Assembly: GCA_030390025.1 (NCBI GenBank)
Contig: JASTWF010000048.1
Location: 434,001-498,000, forward strand
Direction of reading: 5' to 3'
Length of the DNA stretch: 64,000 nt
DNA from: Squalus acanthias
Lineage: Eukaryota
Under the pieces are notes generated by a model. The model made no database searches, was not told where the DNA came from, and saw nothing but the letters and a program-made list of their open reading frames with translations. The translations under genes were made by a program, and so were the position numbers. Shown one piece after another: positions 12,082-25,212 of this stretch; within the stretch, counting starts at the first letter, position 1, and the number at the start of each line of letters is the position of its first letter.

Positions 12082-12822
12082 GGCCCAGAAATTGATCTCG
12101 CTCTGTTCCCGCGTGGGTAAGCCTTCCCCGCGATGTCTCACCTCGCTTGTGCTTTTTCAGATCCAGCTCGCACGAACTTGATGTTCCAGACATCAGCTGT
12201 GCTGGGCTTGCGTATCCCAGCGGCGTAGTGAATTCGTGCCAGTTGTGCGATCACGTGACTCAGTTAGAGCCAATGGCAGCACACCATCTTCCATTCATAA
12301 GTTTCACAAACCTGCTGTGAAATCTATGAATCTTACACCCCCCAAAATAACAGCTAAACCTCAATTAAATTAAAAAAAAAACCATCACATTAATTAAATA
12401 AGTATAGTTAATTAAATTAACCATTTTAAATAAAAAATTAAATTTTTGAAAAAATTTAAAATCTTTTAAAAAGGTATAAAAATAAACTTACCTGTCTTTA
12501 AAGTCTCTAAAAAGATATACCTGTAAAAAAAAATTCAAAAAAATACTTAATTCACTACTTACCTTCTTAAAAGCGGGTCTTACTCCTCCTTTTTACATTT
12601 CCAAAATCTTCCCCACTTACCTGCGCGTCCAAAGCATGAAGTGCACAGCGTGCGCGCAGCCTGTAGCGCGCACGCGATGCACCCAGGACCCGCCCCCTTT
12701 TCAGAAGAGCAATTGCCGGTTTTCAGCGCATGCGCAGGGCATGCAGAAAACCGGCAATTGAAGTGGGAATACGCGAGAGTACGCAGTGCGTACTCTCGCG
12801 TCCCGGGATCAATTTTCGGCCC
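12082..12822 (+). mobile_element. Non-autonomous DNA transposon (PIF/Harbinger-like MITE) inserted in a CR1 fragment
   Basis: Imperfect TIRs GGCCCAGAAATTGATC...GATCAATTTTCGGCCC, 3-bp TSD AAT, AT-rich core. Confidence 0.75.
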
Positions 12823-13378
12823 AATATTATGTAAGAGGTTCGATAGAATAGATGTAGGGAACATGCTTCCACTTGCGGGGAAGACCAAAGCTCGGGGTTA
12901 TAAATATAAGTAAGTCACTAATAAGTCCAAATAGGGAATTGAGAAGAAAAATCTTTACACAGAAAATGGCGAGAATGTTGAACTCTCTACCAAAGGGAGT
13001 AGTTGAGTCGATTAGCATAGATGCAGTTAAGGGGAAGCTAGATAAGCACATGGGGGGGTGAAAGGAATAGAAGATCATGCTGATCGAGCACAACATCAAC
13101 CTGCCCTGTCTGAAGTGTTGAGGACATTCAGTCAGCCGAGGTCACTGGCTTGAAATGGAAGGTGAAGTTGGCTCTGAGCAAAACAAACTAAAATAATCAA
13201 AGCAAAAAGAAAGATAGAAAAGAAGGTATGAGAAAAGAAAGAGGGAAATAAAGATGTTAGTAAAGAAGGAAAGAACGATATAATGATAAGGGAAAAAAAG
13301 GATAGAGGAAGAAAGAAGGAAAGAAAGAAAGTAAATGCACGGGTGGGTTTTGGTCGACTGACGCGCTGTTTCTCCACA

Positions 13379-13398
13379 TTGACAGCAGAGGGCGCTCT
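13379..13398 (+). promoter_or_regulatory. CTCF-like motif in the family-A 3' flank (paralogs at about 806, 3249, 7171, 15188, 17650, 20149, 50546)
   Basis: TTGACAGCAGAGGGCGCTCT. The other copies keep AGAGGGCGCTC (AGACGGCGCTC in V3) with a weaker 5' half. Confidence 0.55.
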
Positions 13399-14176
13399 CG
13401 GACCATGAAACACATCAGTGCCTGGAACATGGTTTAATAGGACCATAGGAACAGGAGGAGGCCATTCATCTCTTGAAGCTTGCTTCGCCATTCAATTGGC
13501 AGTTAAATTCATCCACCCGCTTTTGCTCCCTATCTCTTGATCTGTTTACCCAAGAAAAAAATCTGTCAATCTCGATCTATAAAGCTTCAAATGAACGCCG
13601 GCACGCACATCGTTTTCGGGCAGAGAGTTGAAGATTCTCACTGCCCTTTGTGTGAAGAAGTGCTTCCTACCCTAACGCCAGAAAGGCTTAGCTCTCACTG
13701 TAGATTTATGCCTCATTGTTCTGGACTCCGCCACCAGTGGACATACTTTCATGCTATCTACCCTATCAATTCCTTTTAACATTAAAAGATTAAATCCGTT
13801 CACTCCTCAATCTTCTATACTCAGGGGCATACAAGGCTATGCTGTACAACCTGTCTTCACAATTTAACCCTCTAAGCCCTGGTATCCTTCTGGTGAATAT
13901 GCCTTGTACTCCCTCCAAGACCAAAACGTCCTGCCTGAGGTGCGTTCATCAGAACTGAACCTAGTTTGCCAGATGGAGACTGACCAGGGCTCTGTCCAAA
14001 CGAAGCTGTGAATCAGCGTGGGAGTGGAGGAGCGGTGCTGTCAATCAGAGAGGGAGGGGCCTGCATCACTTCCTTCCTCTCGTCAATGATTTGAAAAGAG
14101 CGGGTTGGATCCTCACAAGACTCAAGGCTCTTGTTTTTGCTGATTTCATTTTGAAAAGTACATCTTAAAGTAAAAG

Positions 14177-14685
14177 ATGTATCTGTTGCTGAGTCTCATG
14201 ATCTTAATTCAATGTAAGTGATTTTTTCACACAATAATCTTTGTTAATAACCTTTCTTTAGTCTTTCTTTCTATCTTTCATTGGATGTTTCCTTCATTCT
14301 TTCTTTCTCTCGCTATTTACTTCGTTCTTCCTCCACTATCCAGAATACTCCTGTTTACTGACCTCCTCCTCTCCCCGTCTCTTTCCCAGACGTGAATTCA
14401 GAGACGGTCCGCCAGACTCCCGCCGCTCTCTCCAATATTCCTGGGGAGGGAGTGGAACTGAAGTGCGAGGTGGAGGGCGCCAGTAGCGGTAACATGTTCT
14501 GGTACAGACAGAACCCGGGGAAGGGTCCGCAGTTCACGTTTTACTCCAAGATTACCAATCACGTGGATCCTGAGGGGATGGTGGACGGTTTTACCGCCGA
14601 GCGACCGAATGGCAACAAGTTCAACCTGAAGTCCACCAGCCTGCAGGCGAATCACTCGGCCGTGTATTACTGCGCCTGGAGTCTT
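14177..14685 (+). CDS. TRBV: TRBV V6 (family A), intact; leader 14177-14213, V exon 14390-14685
   Basis: Leader MYLLLSLMILIQ, canonical splice sites, open V frame to YYCAWSL. Confidence 0.92.
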
Positions 14686-14724
14686 CACAGTGACTCAGAG
14701 AGTTGGAGGAGCTCAACAAAAACC
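14686..14724 (+). other. 23-RSS of V6
   Basis: CACAGTG-23-ACAAAAACC. Confidence 0.97.
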
Positions 14725-16394
14725 CCAAAGGCGGCAGGAGACACCTGTTGATGATGAAACAGAGCCGCGTCCTGTTGGGTTTATTTTACAGACCTAACGT
14801 GTTTTTGACAAGAACAGCAGACAGGCTAGAATAAACCGAGAAATTAGATTACAAAAGACACTGGAGAAGCTGCAAAGAAAGATAAGTTTAATATAATGAA
14901 GAACGATAGAACGAAAGGAAATAGAAAGAAAGAAGGAAAGAAAGTGAGGAACAACGAAAAAAGAAAGAAAGACAGAAATAAAGGATGATATAAAGAAAGC
15001 AACAAGTCTGAAAAGAAGAAAGAAACGAAGAAAGATAGACAGAAAGAAAGGAAGAAAGATAGACAGAAAGAAAGGAAGAAAGATACACAGAAAGAAAGGA
15101 AGATGGAAAGAAAGATAGAAAGAAGGAAATTAAGTAAAAAGATTGTCGAGCTTTTACGCACAGTCTTTGTGTATTCTTTCTCCAAAGAGTCTAAAGAGGG
15201 CGCTCTAGGACCATGAACCACAAGGTTGCCTGTAATATGGTTTAATATGGAATAGAAGGAGACAGTTCATTCACCTTGAACCTGTTACTTTGGAACAGGT
15301 GAAGGCCATGAAGCATTCTCGAGACCGTATACACAGGTAAAGTAGAAGGCCCATTCAGCCACACGAGCCAGTACCTCAGTAACAGGAGGAGCCCCACACA
15401 GCCAGTCGAGTCTGTCACATAGGAACAAGTGGAAGGCATTCAGCCCCTCGAGTCTGCTCTGCAAGTCAATGACATCCTGTGTGATGTGTATCTAACTTCT
15501 GTCTAACCGAGTATACCACGATAGCTTTACCCTACAAATATCTATCTATCAGAGTCTTGAAAGGTCCAATTGACCCTCACCTTCAACAGACTCTTGGAGG
15601 AGAGAGTTCCACATTTCCAGTACCATTGTGTGAAGAGGCAGTTTTTGAACAACGCCTGAACGACCTAACTCTAACTTTAAGTTTACGCCCCCCTGTCCTG
15701 GACTCCCCCACCAGAGGAAATAGTTTCTCTCTATCTACCCTATCAACTTATTTTAACATTAACAATAATCAATTAGTTCAGCACTGAATCTTCTAAACTC
15801 AAGGTAATATAGGCCAAGCTTTGCAATCCTTTTTCATAATTTAACCCTGTAAGTCCTGGGTATCAGTCAGGTGAATCTGCGCTGCATCCCCTCCAAGTCT
15901 AATATATCCTTCCTGAGGTGCGGTTCCCAGAATTGAACTCAGTACTCCAGATGGGGTCTGACCAAGTCTCTATTCGTCAGAAGAATAACTTCCTGCCCTT
16001 TGTATTCTCGACCCCTTGAGATAAAGTACAACATCCCTGTAGCATTTTTTGTTTCTTTTCCCCCCTGTATACCAGCATTTGGTGAATTGGTTTCCTGGGC
16101 ACTTAAATCCCCCTCCGCGATTCCGAGCTTAGCACCATTTGGAAAATACACTGGTCTATCTTTCTTAGGTCCCAAGTGGATGGCCTCGCACGTGCCCACG
16201 TTAAATTACTTCTTCCACTGTTTTGCCCGCTCACTTAATCTCTAATACTCTAATGTTTCTTATTTAGGCCCCCAATGGATTACCTGTTACTTGCCCATGT
16301 TAAACTCTACCTGCCGCTATTTTTTCTCATCCACATAAGTTGTTTAGGTCAACCTTGCAACTTCCTGCTCCGGTCTGCTCTACTTCCTGCCAAA

Positions 16395-16548
16395 CAGAGA
16401 GGGAGGGGCTGGACTGTCAGTCAGTGTAGGGGCGGGATTATCTTTCAGGGAGTGAGGGCGTGTCTGTCAATCAGAGTGGGAGGGGCGGGGCTGTGAATCA
16501 GCGTGGGAGTGGAGGAGCGGTGATCTCAATCAGAGAGGGAGGGGCGCG
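16395..16548 (+). repeat. Promoter minisatellite upstream of V7
   Basis: CTGTCAATCAG / GC-box units. Confidence 0.7.
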
Positions 16549-16665
16549 CATCACTTCCTTACATGGTTTCGTCAATGATTTGAAAAGTGCGGGTTGGATC
16601 CTCACAAGACTCAACGCTCTTGTTTTCGCTGATTACATTTTTAAAAGTAAATCTTAAAGTAAATG

Positions 16666-17185
16666 ATGACTCTGATACTGTGTCTCATGATCTTATTTCA
16701 ACGTAAGTTATGTTTTCAAACAATAATTTTTGTTAATAAACTTTCTTAAATCTTTCGTTTTGCTTTCTTTCTTTATTTACTTCATTGTTTCCTTCATTCT
16801 TTCTTTCTCTCGCTCTTTACTTCTTTCTTCCTCTACAACCCAGAATGCTCCTGTTTACTGATCTCCACCTCTCCCCGTCTCTTTCCCAGACGTGAACTCA
16901 GAGACGGTTCGCCAGACTCCCGCCGCTTTCTCCAATATTCCTGGGGAGGGAATGGAACTAAAGTGCGACGTGGAGGGCGCCAGTAGCGGATCCATGTACT
17001 GGTACAGACAGTACCCGGGGAAGGGGCCGCAGTTGATGTTTTACTCCTCGTTTACCAATCACGTGGATCCAGAGGGGACGGTGGACGGTTTTACCGCCGA
17101 GCGACCGAATGGTAACGAGTTCAAACTGAAGTCCTCCAGCCTGCAGGCGAATCACTCGGCCGTGTATTACTGCGCCTGGAGTCTT
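16666..17185 (+). CDS. TRBV: TRBV V7 (family A), open frame but defective RSS; leader 16666-16702, V exon 16890-17185
   Basis: Leader MTLILCLMILFQ and intact V frame; heptamer CAAAGTG. Confidence 0.88.
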
Positions 17186-17224
17186 CAAAGTGACTCACAG
17201 AGATGGAGGAGCTGAACAAAAAAA
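17186..17224 (+). other. Defective 23-RSS of V7
   Basis: CAAAGTG-23-ACAAAAAAA; the invariant CAC is lost. Confidence 0.9.
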
Positions 17225-18879
17225 CCCAAATCAACAGGAAACACATGTGGATGATGAAAAAGCGCGGTGCCGCGTCCTGTTGGGTTTATTTTGAAGAACG
17301 AAAGCGTTGTTGGCGAGAATACCAGACGGGCTAGAATAAAAGCGAGAAATTAGTTAAATAAAGTCACTGGAGAAGCGGCAAAGAATGTAAAGTTGAATAT
17401 AGTGAAGAACGATAAAACGAAATGAAATAGAAAGAAAGAAGGAATAAAGTGAGGAAGAGCGAAAAAAATGTAAGACAGAAAGAAAGAATGATACACAGAA
17501 AGAAACATGTCTGAAAGGAAGAAAAAATGAAGAAGGATAGACAGAAAGAAAGGAAGAAAGATACACAGAAAGAAAGGAAGAAAGAAAGTAATGAAGTAAA
17601 CAGACTGTCGAGCTTTTACACACTGACACTGTGTTTTCTTTCTCCACAGAGACTGAAGAGGGCGCTCTAAGACCATGAAGCACACGGTTGCTTGTAATAT
17701 GCTTTAATATGGAATAGAAGGAGACCATTCAGTCCCCTTGAGCCTGTTTCTAAGGATCAGGTGAAGGCCATGAAGCATCCTCGAGGCCGTATATACAGGC
17801 ACAGAAGTAGGCCCATTCAGCACACGAGCCTGTTACACAGTAACAGGAGGAATCCATTCAGCCACTCGAGCCTGTTACATCGGAACAAGAGGAAGGCATT
17901 CAGCCCCTCGAGTCTGCACTGCAAGCCAATTAGATCATGGGTGATGTGTATCTTCCTTCTGTATAACCGCATTTGCTACATATACCTCGATACCCTTACC
18001 CTACATATATTTATCAATCACCGTCTTGACAGCTTCAATTGCCCCTCAGCCCTAATATATTCTTGGAGGAGAGAGTTCCACATTTCCAATACCATTGTGT
18101 GAAGAGGCAGTTTCTGAAACTACGACTGAACGACCTAGCTCTAACTTTAAGTTTATGTCCCCCTGTCCTGGACTCCCCCCACCAGAGGAAATAGTTTCTC
18201 TCTATCTAACCTATAAACTTATTTTAGTATTTACAAAACTCAATCAGTTCGGCACTGAATCTTCTATACTCAAGGTAATATAGGCCATGTTTTGCAATCG
18301 TTCCTCATAATTTAACCCTCTCAGTCCCGGGTACCAGTCTGGTGAATCTGCGCTGCATCCCCTCCAAATCTAATATATCCTTCCTGAGGTGCGGTACCCA
18401 GAATTGAACTCAGTACTCCAGATGGGGTCTGACCAAGTCTCTATATGACAGAAGAATAACTTCCTGCCCTTTGTATTTCAGACCCCTTGAGATAAAGGAC
18501 AACAAGCCTTTAGCATTTTTGATTTATTTTCCCCCTGTATGCCAGCATTTAGTGAATTGTTTACCTGGGCACTTAAATCCCGTTGCTTCTCCGCCATTCC
18601 TTGCTTAGCACTATTTGGAAAATACACTGGTCTATCTTTCTTCGGTCCCAAATGGATGGACTCGCACTTGCCCACGTTAAATTACTTCTTCCACTGTTTT
18701 GCCCGCTCACTTAATCTCTAATACACTGATGTTTCTTCTTTAGGCCCCCAGTGGATGACTTGGTACTTGCCCACGTTCCATGTTAAACTCTACCTGCCGC
18801 TGTTTTTTTCTCATTCACGTAAGTTGTTTCGGTCAAACTTGCAACTTCCTGCTCCCGTCTGCTCCACTTACTGCCAAAC

Positions 18880-19031
18880 AGAGAGGGAGGGGCTGGACGG
18901 TCAATCAGTGTGGGGGGCGGGACTATGTGTCAGAGAGTGAGGGCGGGTCTGTCAATCAGCGTGGCGGGCGGCTGGCTGTGAATCAGCGTGGGATTGGAGG
19001 AGCGGTGCTGTCAACCAGAGGGGGAGGGGCC
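18880..19031 (+). repeat. Promoter minisatellite upstream of V8
   Basis: CTGTCAATCAG / GC-box units. Confidence 0.7.
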
Positions 19032-19150
19032 TGCATCACTTCCTTGCACGGTTTCCTCAATGATTTGAAAAGAGCGGGTTGGACCCTCACAAGACTCAAC
19101 GCTCTTGTTTTCGCTGATTTCATTGTTCAAAGTAAATCTTAAAGTTAAAG

Positions 19151-19670
19151 ATATATCTGTTACTGTGCCTCGTGATCTTATTTCAATGTTAGTGATTTTT
19201 TCACACAATTCTCTTTGGTAATAAACTATCTTTAGTGTTTCGTTTTTCTTCCTTTCTTTCTTTCCTTCGTTGTTTCCTTCATTCTATCTTTCTCTCGGTC
19301 TTTACTTCTTTCTTTCCCCACAACCCAGAATGCTCCTGTTTACTGATCTCCCCCTCTCCCCGCTTCTTTCCCAGACGTGAACTCAGAGACGGTCCGCCAG
19401 ACTCCCGCCGCTCTCTCCAATATTCCTGGGGAGGGAGTGGAAATAAAGTGCGACGTGGGGGGCGCCAGTACCGGTGAGATGTACTGGTACAGACAGGACC
19501 CGGGGCAGGGTCCGCAGTTGATGTTTAACTCCAGGGCTAACAATCACGTGGATCCAGAGGGGACGGTGGACGGTTTCAGCGCCAAACGACCGAATGGCAA
19601 CGAGTTTAACCTGATGTCCTCCAGCCTGCAGGCGGATCACTCGGCCGTGTATTACTGCGCCTGGAGTCTT
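19151..19670 (+). pseudogene. TRBV: TRBV V8 (family A), start codon lost; leader 19151-19187, V exon 19375-19670
   Basis: Leader begins ATA instead of ATG (aaag ATA TAT CTG TTA). Donor is gttagt; V exon and RSS are intact. Confidence 0.85.
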
Positions 19671-19709
19671 CACAGTGACTCAGAGAGATGGAGGAGCTCA
19701 ACAAAAACC
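19671..19709 (+). other. 23-RSS of V8
   Basis: CACAGTG-23-ACAAAAACC. Confidence 0.97.
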
Positions 19710-20924
19710 CCAAAGGCGGCAGGAAACACCTGTGGATAATGAAACAGCGCGGTGCCTCGTCCTGTTGGGTTTCTCTTGCAGAGTGAGCGTGTTTTTGACA
19801 TGAATAACAGACGGGCTAGAATAAGAGCGGAAATTCGATTTAAAAAGGCACTGAGAAGCTGCAACGAAAGATCATTTAAATATAGTGAAGAACGATAGAA
19901 CGATAGGAAGATTGAAAGAAAGGAAGAAGGAAAGAAAGAGTGGAAGAACGGAAAAAGAGAGAAAGAGAGAAAGAAAGAATGATATAAAGAAAGAAAGAAT
20001 TCTGAAAAGAAGAAAAAAGGAAGAAAGATAGACAGAACGAAAGGAAGAAAGATACACAGGAAGAAAAAAAGAAAGATAGAAAGAAGGAAATGAAGTCAAA
20101 AGAGTCTCGAGCTTTAACACACTGACACTGTGTTTTCTTTCTCCACAGAGAATACAGAGGGCGCTCTTGGACCATGAACGACATGGTTGCTTGTAATATG
20201 CTTTAATATGGAATAGAAGGAGAGCACTCAGTCCCCTTGAGCCTGTCTCTTAGGAACAGGTGAAGGCCATTAAGCATCCTCGAGACCGTATACACAGGTA
20301 TAGAAGTAGGCCCATTCAGCCACACGAGCCTGTTACATAAGAACCAGAGGAGTTCATTCAGCCCCTCGAGTCTGCTCTGCAAGTCAATGAGATCCTGGGT
20401 GATGTGTATCTTCCTTCTGTCTAACCGCGTATACCTCGATAGCTTTACCCTACAAATATCTATCAAATACAGTGTTGAAAACTGCAATTGATCCTCAGCT
20501 TCAACAGACTCTTGGAAGAAGAGTTCCACATTTCCACTACCATTGTGTGCAGAATTGCTTTTTGACGCAACGTCTGAACTACCTAACTCTAACTTTAAGG
20601 TTACGCCCCCTTGTTCTGGACTCCCCCACCAGAGGATATAATTTCTCTCTATCTACCCTATCAACTTATTTTAACATTAGCAAAACTCAATCAGTTCAGC
20701 ACTGAATCATTTAGTGATTTGTTTACCTGGGCACTACAATCCCCTTGCTCCTGCGCAATTCCTTGCTTTGCACCATTTAGAAAATACACTGGTCTATCTA
20801 TTCTTAGGTTCCAAGTGGCTGACCTCGCACTTGCCCACGTTAAATTTCTTCTTCCACTGTTTTGCCCGCTCACATAATCTCTGTGTCCCCTTCGTAACTC
20901 CCGGTTCCTATCTGTTCTACTTAC

Positions 20925-21110
20925 TGCCAATCAGAGAGAGAGGGGCCGTGCTGTCCATTGAAGACGGTAGGGAGGGGCTTTCAATCAGGGAGGTATGACG
21001 GGGCAGCAAACAGAGAGGGCGGACAGGGTTGTCATCATCGAGTGAGGGGCGAGGCTGTCAGTGATAGAGGGGCGGGGCGGGATTGATAATCATAGAGAGA
21101 GGGGTGGGGC
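20925..21110 (+). repeat. Promoter minisatellite upstream of V9
   Basis: Degenerate units, paralogous to 4183-4378. Confidence 0.65.
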
Positions 21111-21256
21111 ATTGTATGTTCAGTGTTTTATGAAATAGAGATCGTTGCCGTTGACACACGCAAGTTCGGGCCTTGCACACAACAGTCTCATTGCTCCAGT
21201 CTCTGAACAGCTTGTTGTTCGAGGGGGATCCGGTCTCAGACCCTCTGTCCCGGACC

Positions 21257-22288
21257 ATGCGGACTTGCCTCCTGTCCTGTACGTTGCCGCTGTTCCTATT
21301 GGCGGGTAAGTAAAGCGAGAGCTCGGTGTCACATAGAGAGCTTTTGCTTTTGGAGCAGGAATGTATTAAACAGCATACAAAACAAGTTCTCACCAAAAAG
21401 AGAAAGAAAGAAAGGATGAGATAAAACGAAAGATAGAAAGAAAGAAAGATAGAAGGATGGAAAGATGGAAAGAAAGAGAGAAAGAAAGAAGAAAGACAGA
21501 AAGAAAAAAACGAAAAAAAGTAAGATGGAAAGGAAGAGAAAAAGGTTGTTGGAGCAAGTAGACTATATCTGTTTAGTGACACATAAAGGAGATACATTGT
21601 GTTAAATAAGGGCGGGATGGACATATAGTTAACAGGGTTAGTTCTATAATAGTTGAACCAGTGAGTGACATTCCCACGCCAATCAATATTACAAGGAGAG
21701 CTCCACTAAACCTACTGGCTCCTGTCTCACTGCAAGTGCCTGCGGGTTCAGAATATTAATCTGGTTTTGCCAAATCGACTAAAACCAAAATATCGCGCGG
21801 TAGAGGAGAGTAGACTGTGTCTGTTAAGGAGCACAGGAACAGCGGGGTGATAGGATAGATAGAGGAAATCATTTCTCCCTATCTATCCTATCCAATCATT
21901 TGATCGCAATTACATTTAAGCGAAAATATAGAAAGTACATCGATTGAAATGAAAAGCAAGCGTCTGTTTGTTCCTGTTTTGCTTGGAGGTGTTGGCGAGT
22001 CACAGAAGATGGTGCAGTCCCGGGAGTATGTGTCGGTGAGAGAGGGCGAGACTGTGACTATCCCGTGCACCCAACGCGGGACTGATTCTTACATGGACTG
22101 GTACCGTCAGCTCCCAGGCCAGGGATTCCAGCACCTTCTTCAAGCGGTGTATGAAGGTGACCCGAGCAGTTCGGATGGTATCACGAATCGATTTTGGGCC
22201 AAAAAAACTGCAGATAACTCCTTCGATCTGAAGATCTCGACGGTGCGGCCGAACGACACGGCGCGGTATTTCTGCGCCTGCAGTGGTG
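21257..22288 (+). CDS. TRBV: TRBV V9 (family B); leader 21257-21305, V exon 21989-22288
   Basis: Leader MRTCLLSCTLPLFLLA g|gtaagt. In-frame acceptor is ...gcttggAG. V reads VGESQKMVQSREYVSVREGETVTIPC...WYRQ...YFCACSG. Confidence 0.87.
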
Positions 22289-22327
22289 CACAGAGACAAA
22301 CTCAGACTGAACCGTCCTACAAAAACC
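22289..22327 (+). other. 23-RSS of V9
   Basis: CACAGAG-23-ACAAAAACC. Confidence 0.95.
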
Positions 22328-23589
22328 CACCCGTCTCAGACACTAACCCCCAACAAGTTCTAACGACAGATAGACCGGGAGAGAGCGAAGAAGAGGAATA
22401 GAGAGAGGGAGCCAGGGAGAGAGAAGATGAGGACTAGAGAGAGGGAGCGAGGGAGAGAGAAGGAGCGGGATAGAGAGAGAGAGCGAGGCAGAGAGAAGGA
22501 GATGGAGAAAGAGTGTGGGAGGGCGAGAGGGTGAGAGACGGAAGAGGGGCAGAGAGTTAAGGAGAGAGGGAGCGCGAAGGCGAGAGCGAGGCAGATTTAG
22601 AGAGTAAGACAGGGAAAGAGAGAGACTGAGAAATAGAGCAGAAAGACCGTGAGACGGAGAGAGAGCTGCACAACGATTTCTGCATGTATCTATCTATCTA
22701 TCAGTCTATCTATCGATCTATCGATCTATCTATCTATCTATCGATCATTCTATAGATCGATCTATCGATNNNNNNNNNNNNNNNNNNNNNNNNNNNNNNN
22801 NNNNNNNNNNNNNNNNNNNNNNNNNNNNNNNNNNNNNNNNNNNNNNNNNNNNNNNNNNNNNNNNNNNNNNNNNNNNNNNNNNNNNNNNNNNNNNNNNNNN
22901 NNNNNNNNNNNNNNNNNNNNNNNNNNNNNNNNNNNNNNNNNNNNNNNNNNNNNNNNNNNNNNNNNNNNNNNNNNNNNNNNNGGATGATTACAATTTGTTA
23001 TTAATTAATTATAAAATGTTACATATCAATGTATTCAATGCCCTTTTTGAACACATTATCTACATTTTAATCAGTAGATTATGCGGTGGAGTAAATAGGT
23101 TACGTCAGTGGTGAAAGAGTGGTTTGTAGAGGAAGTGCAGGATATACCTGTCCCTTCCGATATTCCAGTGAACTATTCCTGTTATTTTCGCTATTGCAAT
23201 AGCGAGGAGAGACGCGCTCCTTATTATAGCATCGTGGAATGTTACTTCACAGAAGGCAGCCGTTCCACCCATCGCACCTATGCGAGCTCTGTGAAAAAGC
23301 TATCAAATTATTCACATTCCCCTGCCCTATCCCCTGTAGGCCTGCAAATTTCCCCTCAGGAAATATTTAGCCTATTGCTTTTTGAAGGTTACTGTTGAAT
23401 CTGATTTCACCATTTTCAGGATGAGCATTTGCGATCATAACAAATCTTTGTGTAAAAAATATTCTCCGCATATCGCCTCTGGCACTTGTACAAATTACCT
23501 CATATCTGTGTCCTCTGGTTATCGACCCTCCTGCCAGTGGAAACAATTTCTCATTATTTACTCGATCAAAACCCTTTATTATCTTTAAC

Positions 23590-23915
23590 AAGGGGTTCGG
23601 TAGAATCGTGGTTAGGTTACTGAACAGGTAATGCAGTTAGTCTGGACTAATGAATGCAGAAATATGAGTACAAATCCCACCACGACAGTTGGGGAATTTA
23701 AATTCAGTTAATTGAATGAATCTGGAATTAAAAAGCTAGTATCAGTAATAATGACCATGAAAGTACAGGATTGTTGTATAAACCCATCTGGTTCACTTAA
23801 CTGTCCTATTGTGGATCAAGAAAGCGGCTCAGAACCACCTTTCTCTAGGGTAATTAAGGATGGGCAATAAATGCCGGCCTTGCCAGCGACGCCCACTTCC
23901 CATGAATAAAAAAAT
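23590..23915 (+). mobile_element. tRNA-derived SINE with a LINE-like tail (copies at about 29300/30380, 34641, 55857, 59747; antisense tail at about 48610)
   Basis: B-box-like GAGT(T/A)CAAATCCCACC; tail GGATGGGCAATAAATGCCGGCC...GCCCAC. Confidence 0.6.
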
Positions 23916-25212
23916 ACTTTTCAATTACATCTCCCATTAACATTCTCTGCCTTAAAGAGAACAATCCCAGCTTCCCAAACTGACGTCCCTCACCCCTGCT
24001 ACCATTCCGGTAAATCTCCTCTTAACCTTCACAATAGACGCACAACCCCATACACATAGGATAGAATTAATCTTAAAACCATTAAACGTGTCACGAATGT
24101 TTCACACTGTGCAAAGGCGAGATGCCTCCCCAGATATGTTTTTGACTGTGGCACCTGCGTCCTGACGGCGGGTACAAACTCTGTTGAAAACCGTTTACCC
24201 ACTTCTCTATCAGACTCTAGGCGCATTTTGAAGTGTTTTATCAAAAAAACTGGAAGTTCAGCCCAGCGAAGAATTTAACCCTTTAATTCTCGTTGAGCAC
24301 ATGGGAACTGAAAGCTGCACTGCCTGAAACAAGAGAGAACTTTGACCAAAAACAATGATCCGTGTTTTATAGAATCATAGAATCCTACAGCACAGAGGGA
24401 GGCCACTCCATCAGTCTAGTCATGCCGGCTCTTTGAAAGTACGACCCAATTAGTTCGCCACGAGTCTCCTCCCATCCTCCTTCATCTCACCCCGTCAACA
24501 TGTCCCTCTATTCCTTTTCCCTCATGTGTTTATCGAGCTTCCCCTTAAATGCATCTATGTTATTTCGCTCCACCACTCCTTGTGTTAGCGAGTTCCACAT
24601 TCTCACCACTCTCTGGGTAAAGCGGTTTCTCCAGAATTCCCTATTGGACTTATAAGTGTCTATCTTATAATTATGGTCCTTAGTTTTGGCCTCTCCTATC
24701 CAATTATTCCCACACCCCTGCTCATTCCCACAGCCCTGTTTCTTTCCTCTTCAAGTTTATGTCCAATTCCCTTGTGAAAGTTACCAATGGATCTGCTTCC
24801 AGCACCCTTTCAGGAACTGCATTCCCGATTGAAATATCTTGCTGCGTAAAAAACTGTTTCCTCATCCACCAGTTGGATGTTTAGCAAATTACCTTAAATC
24901 TCTGCCCTCTGGTCACCGACAGTGCCCGCCGAGGAATCAATTTCTCCTTGTCTACTCTATCATAACCCCTCTGAAATTTGAACACCTCTATTAACTCTCC
25001 CCTTATCGTCTGTGTTATATCATTCTAAGAAATTGTTAAACTACCTCCGTTTGAAGAATCTCATCATATAGAAATATTCTGATATATCCTTCTTCGGTCC
25101 CAAGTGGATGACGTCACACTTGTCCACAATGAATCCATCTGTCACTGTTTGCTCACTCACTTAATTTGTCTGTGTTCCCTTTGAAAGAGACTGTTCCCAA
25201 CTGCTCTACTCA

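Noticed and set aside
12082-12822. MITEs as RAG-like (Transib/ProtoRAG) transposon relics
   Set aside because: Termini are GGCCC with a 3-bp TSD, not CAC-starting RSS-like TIRs with a 5-bp TSD
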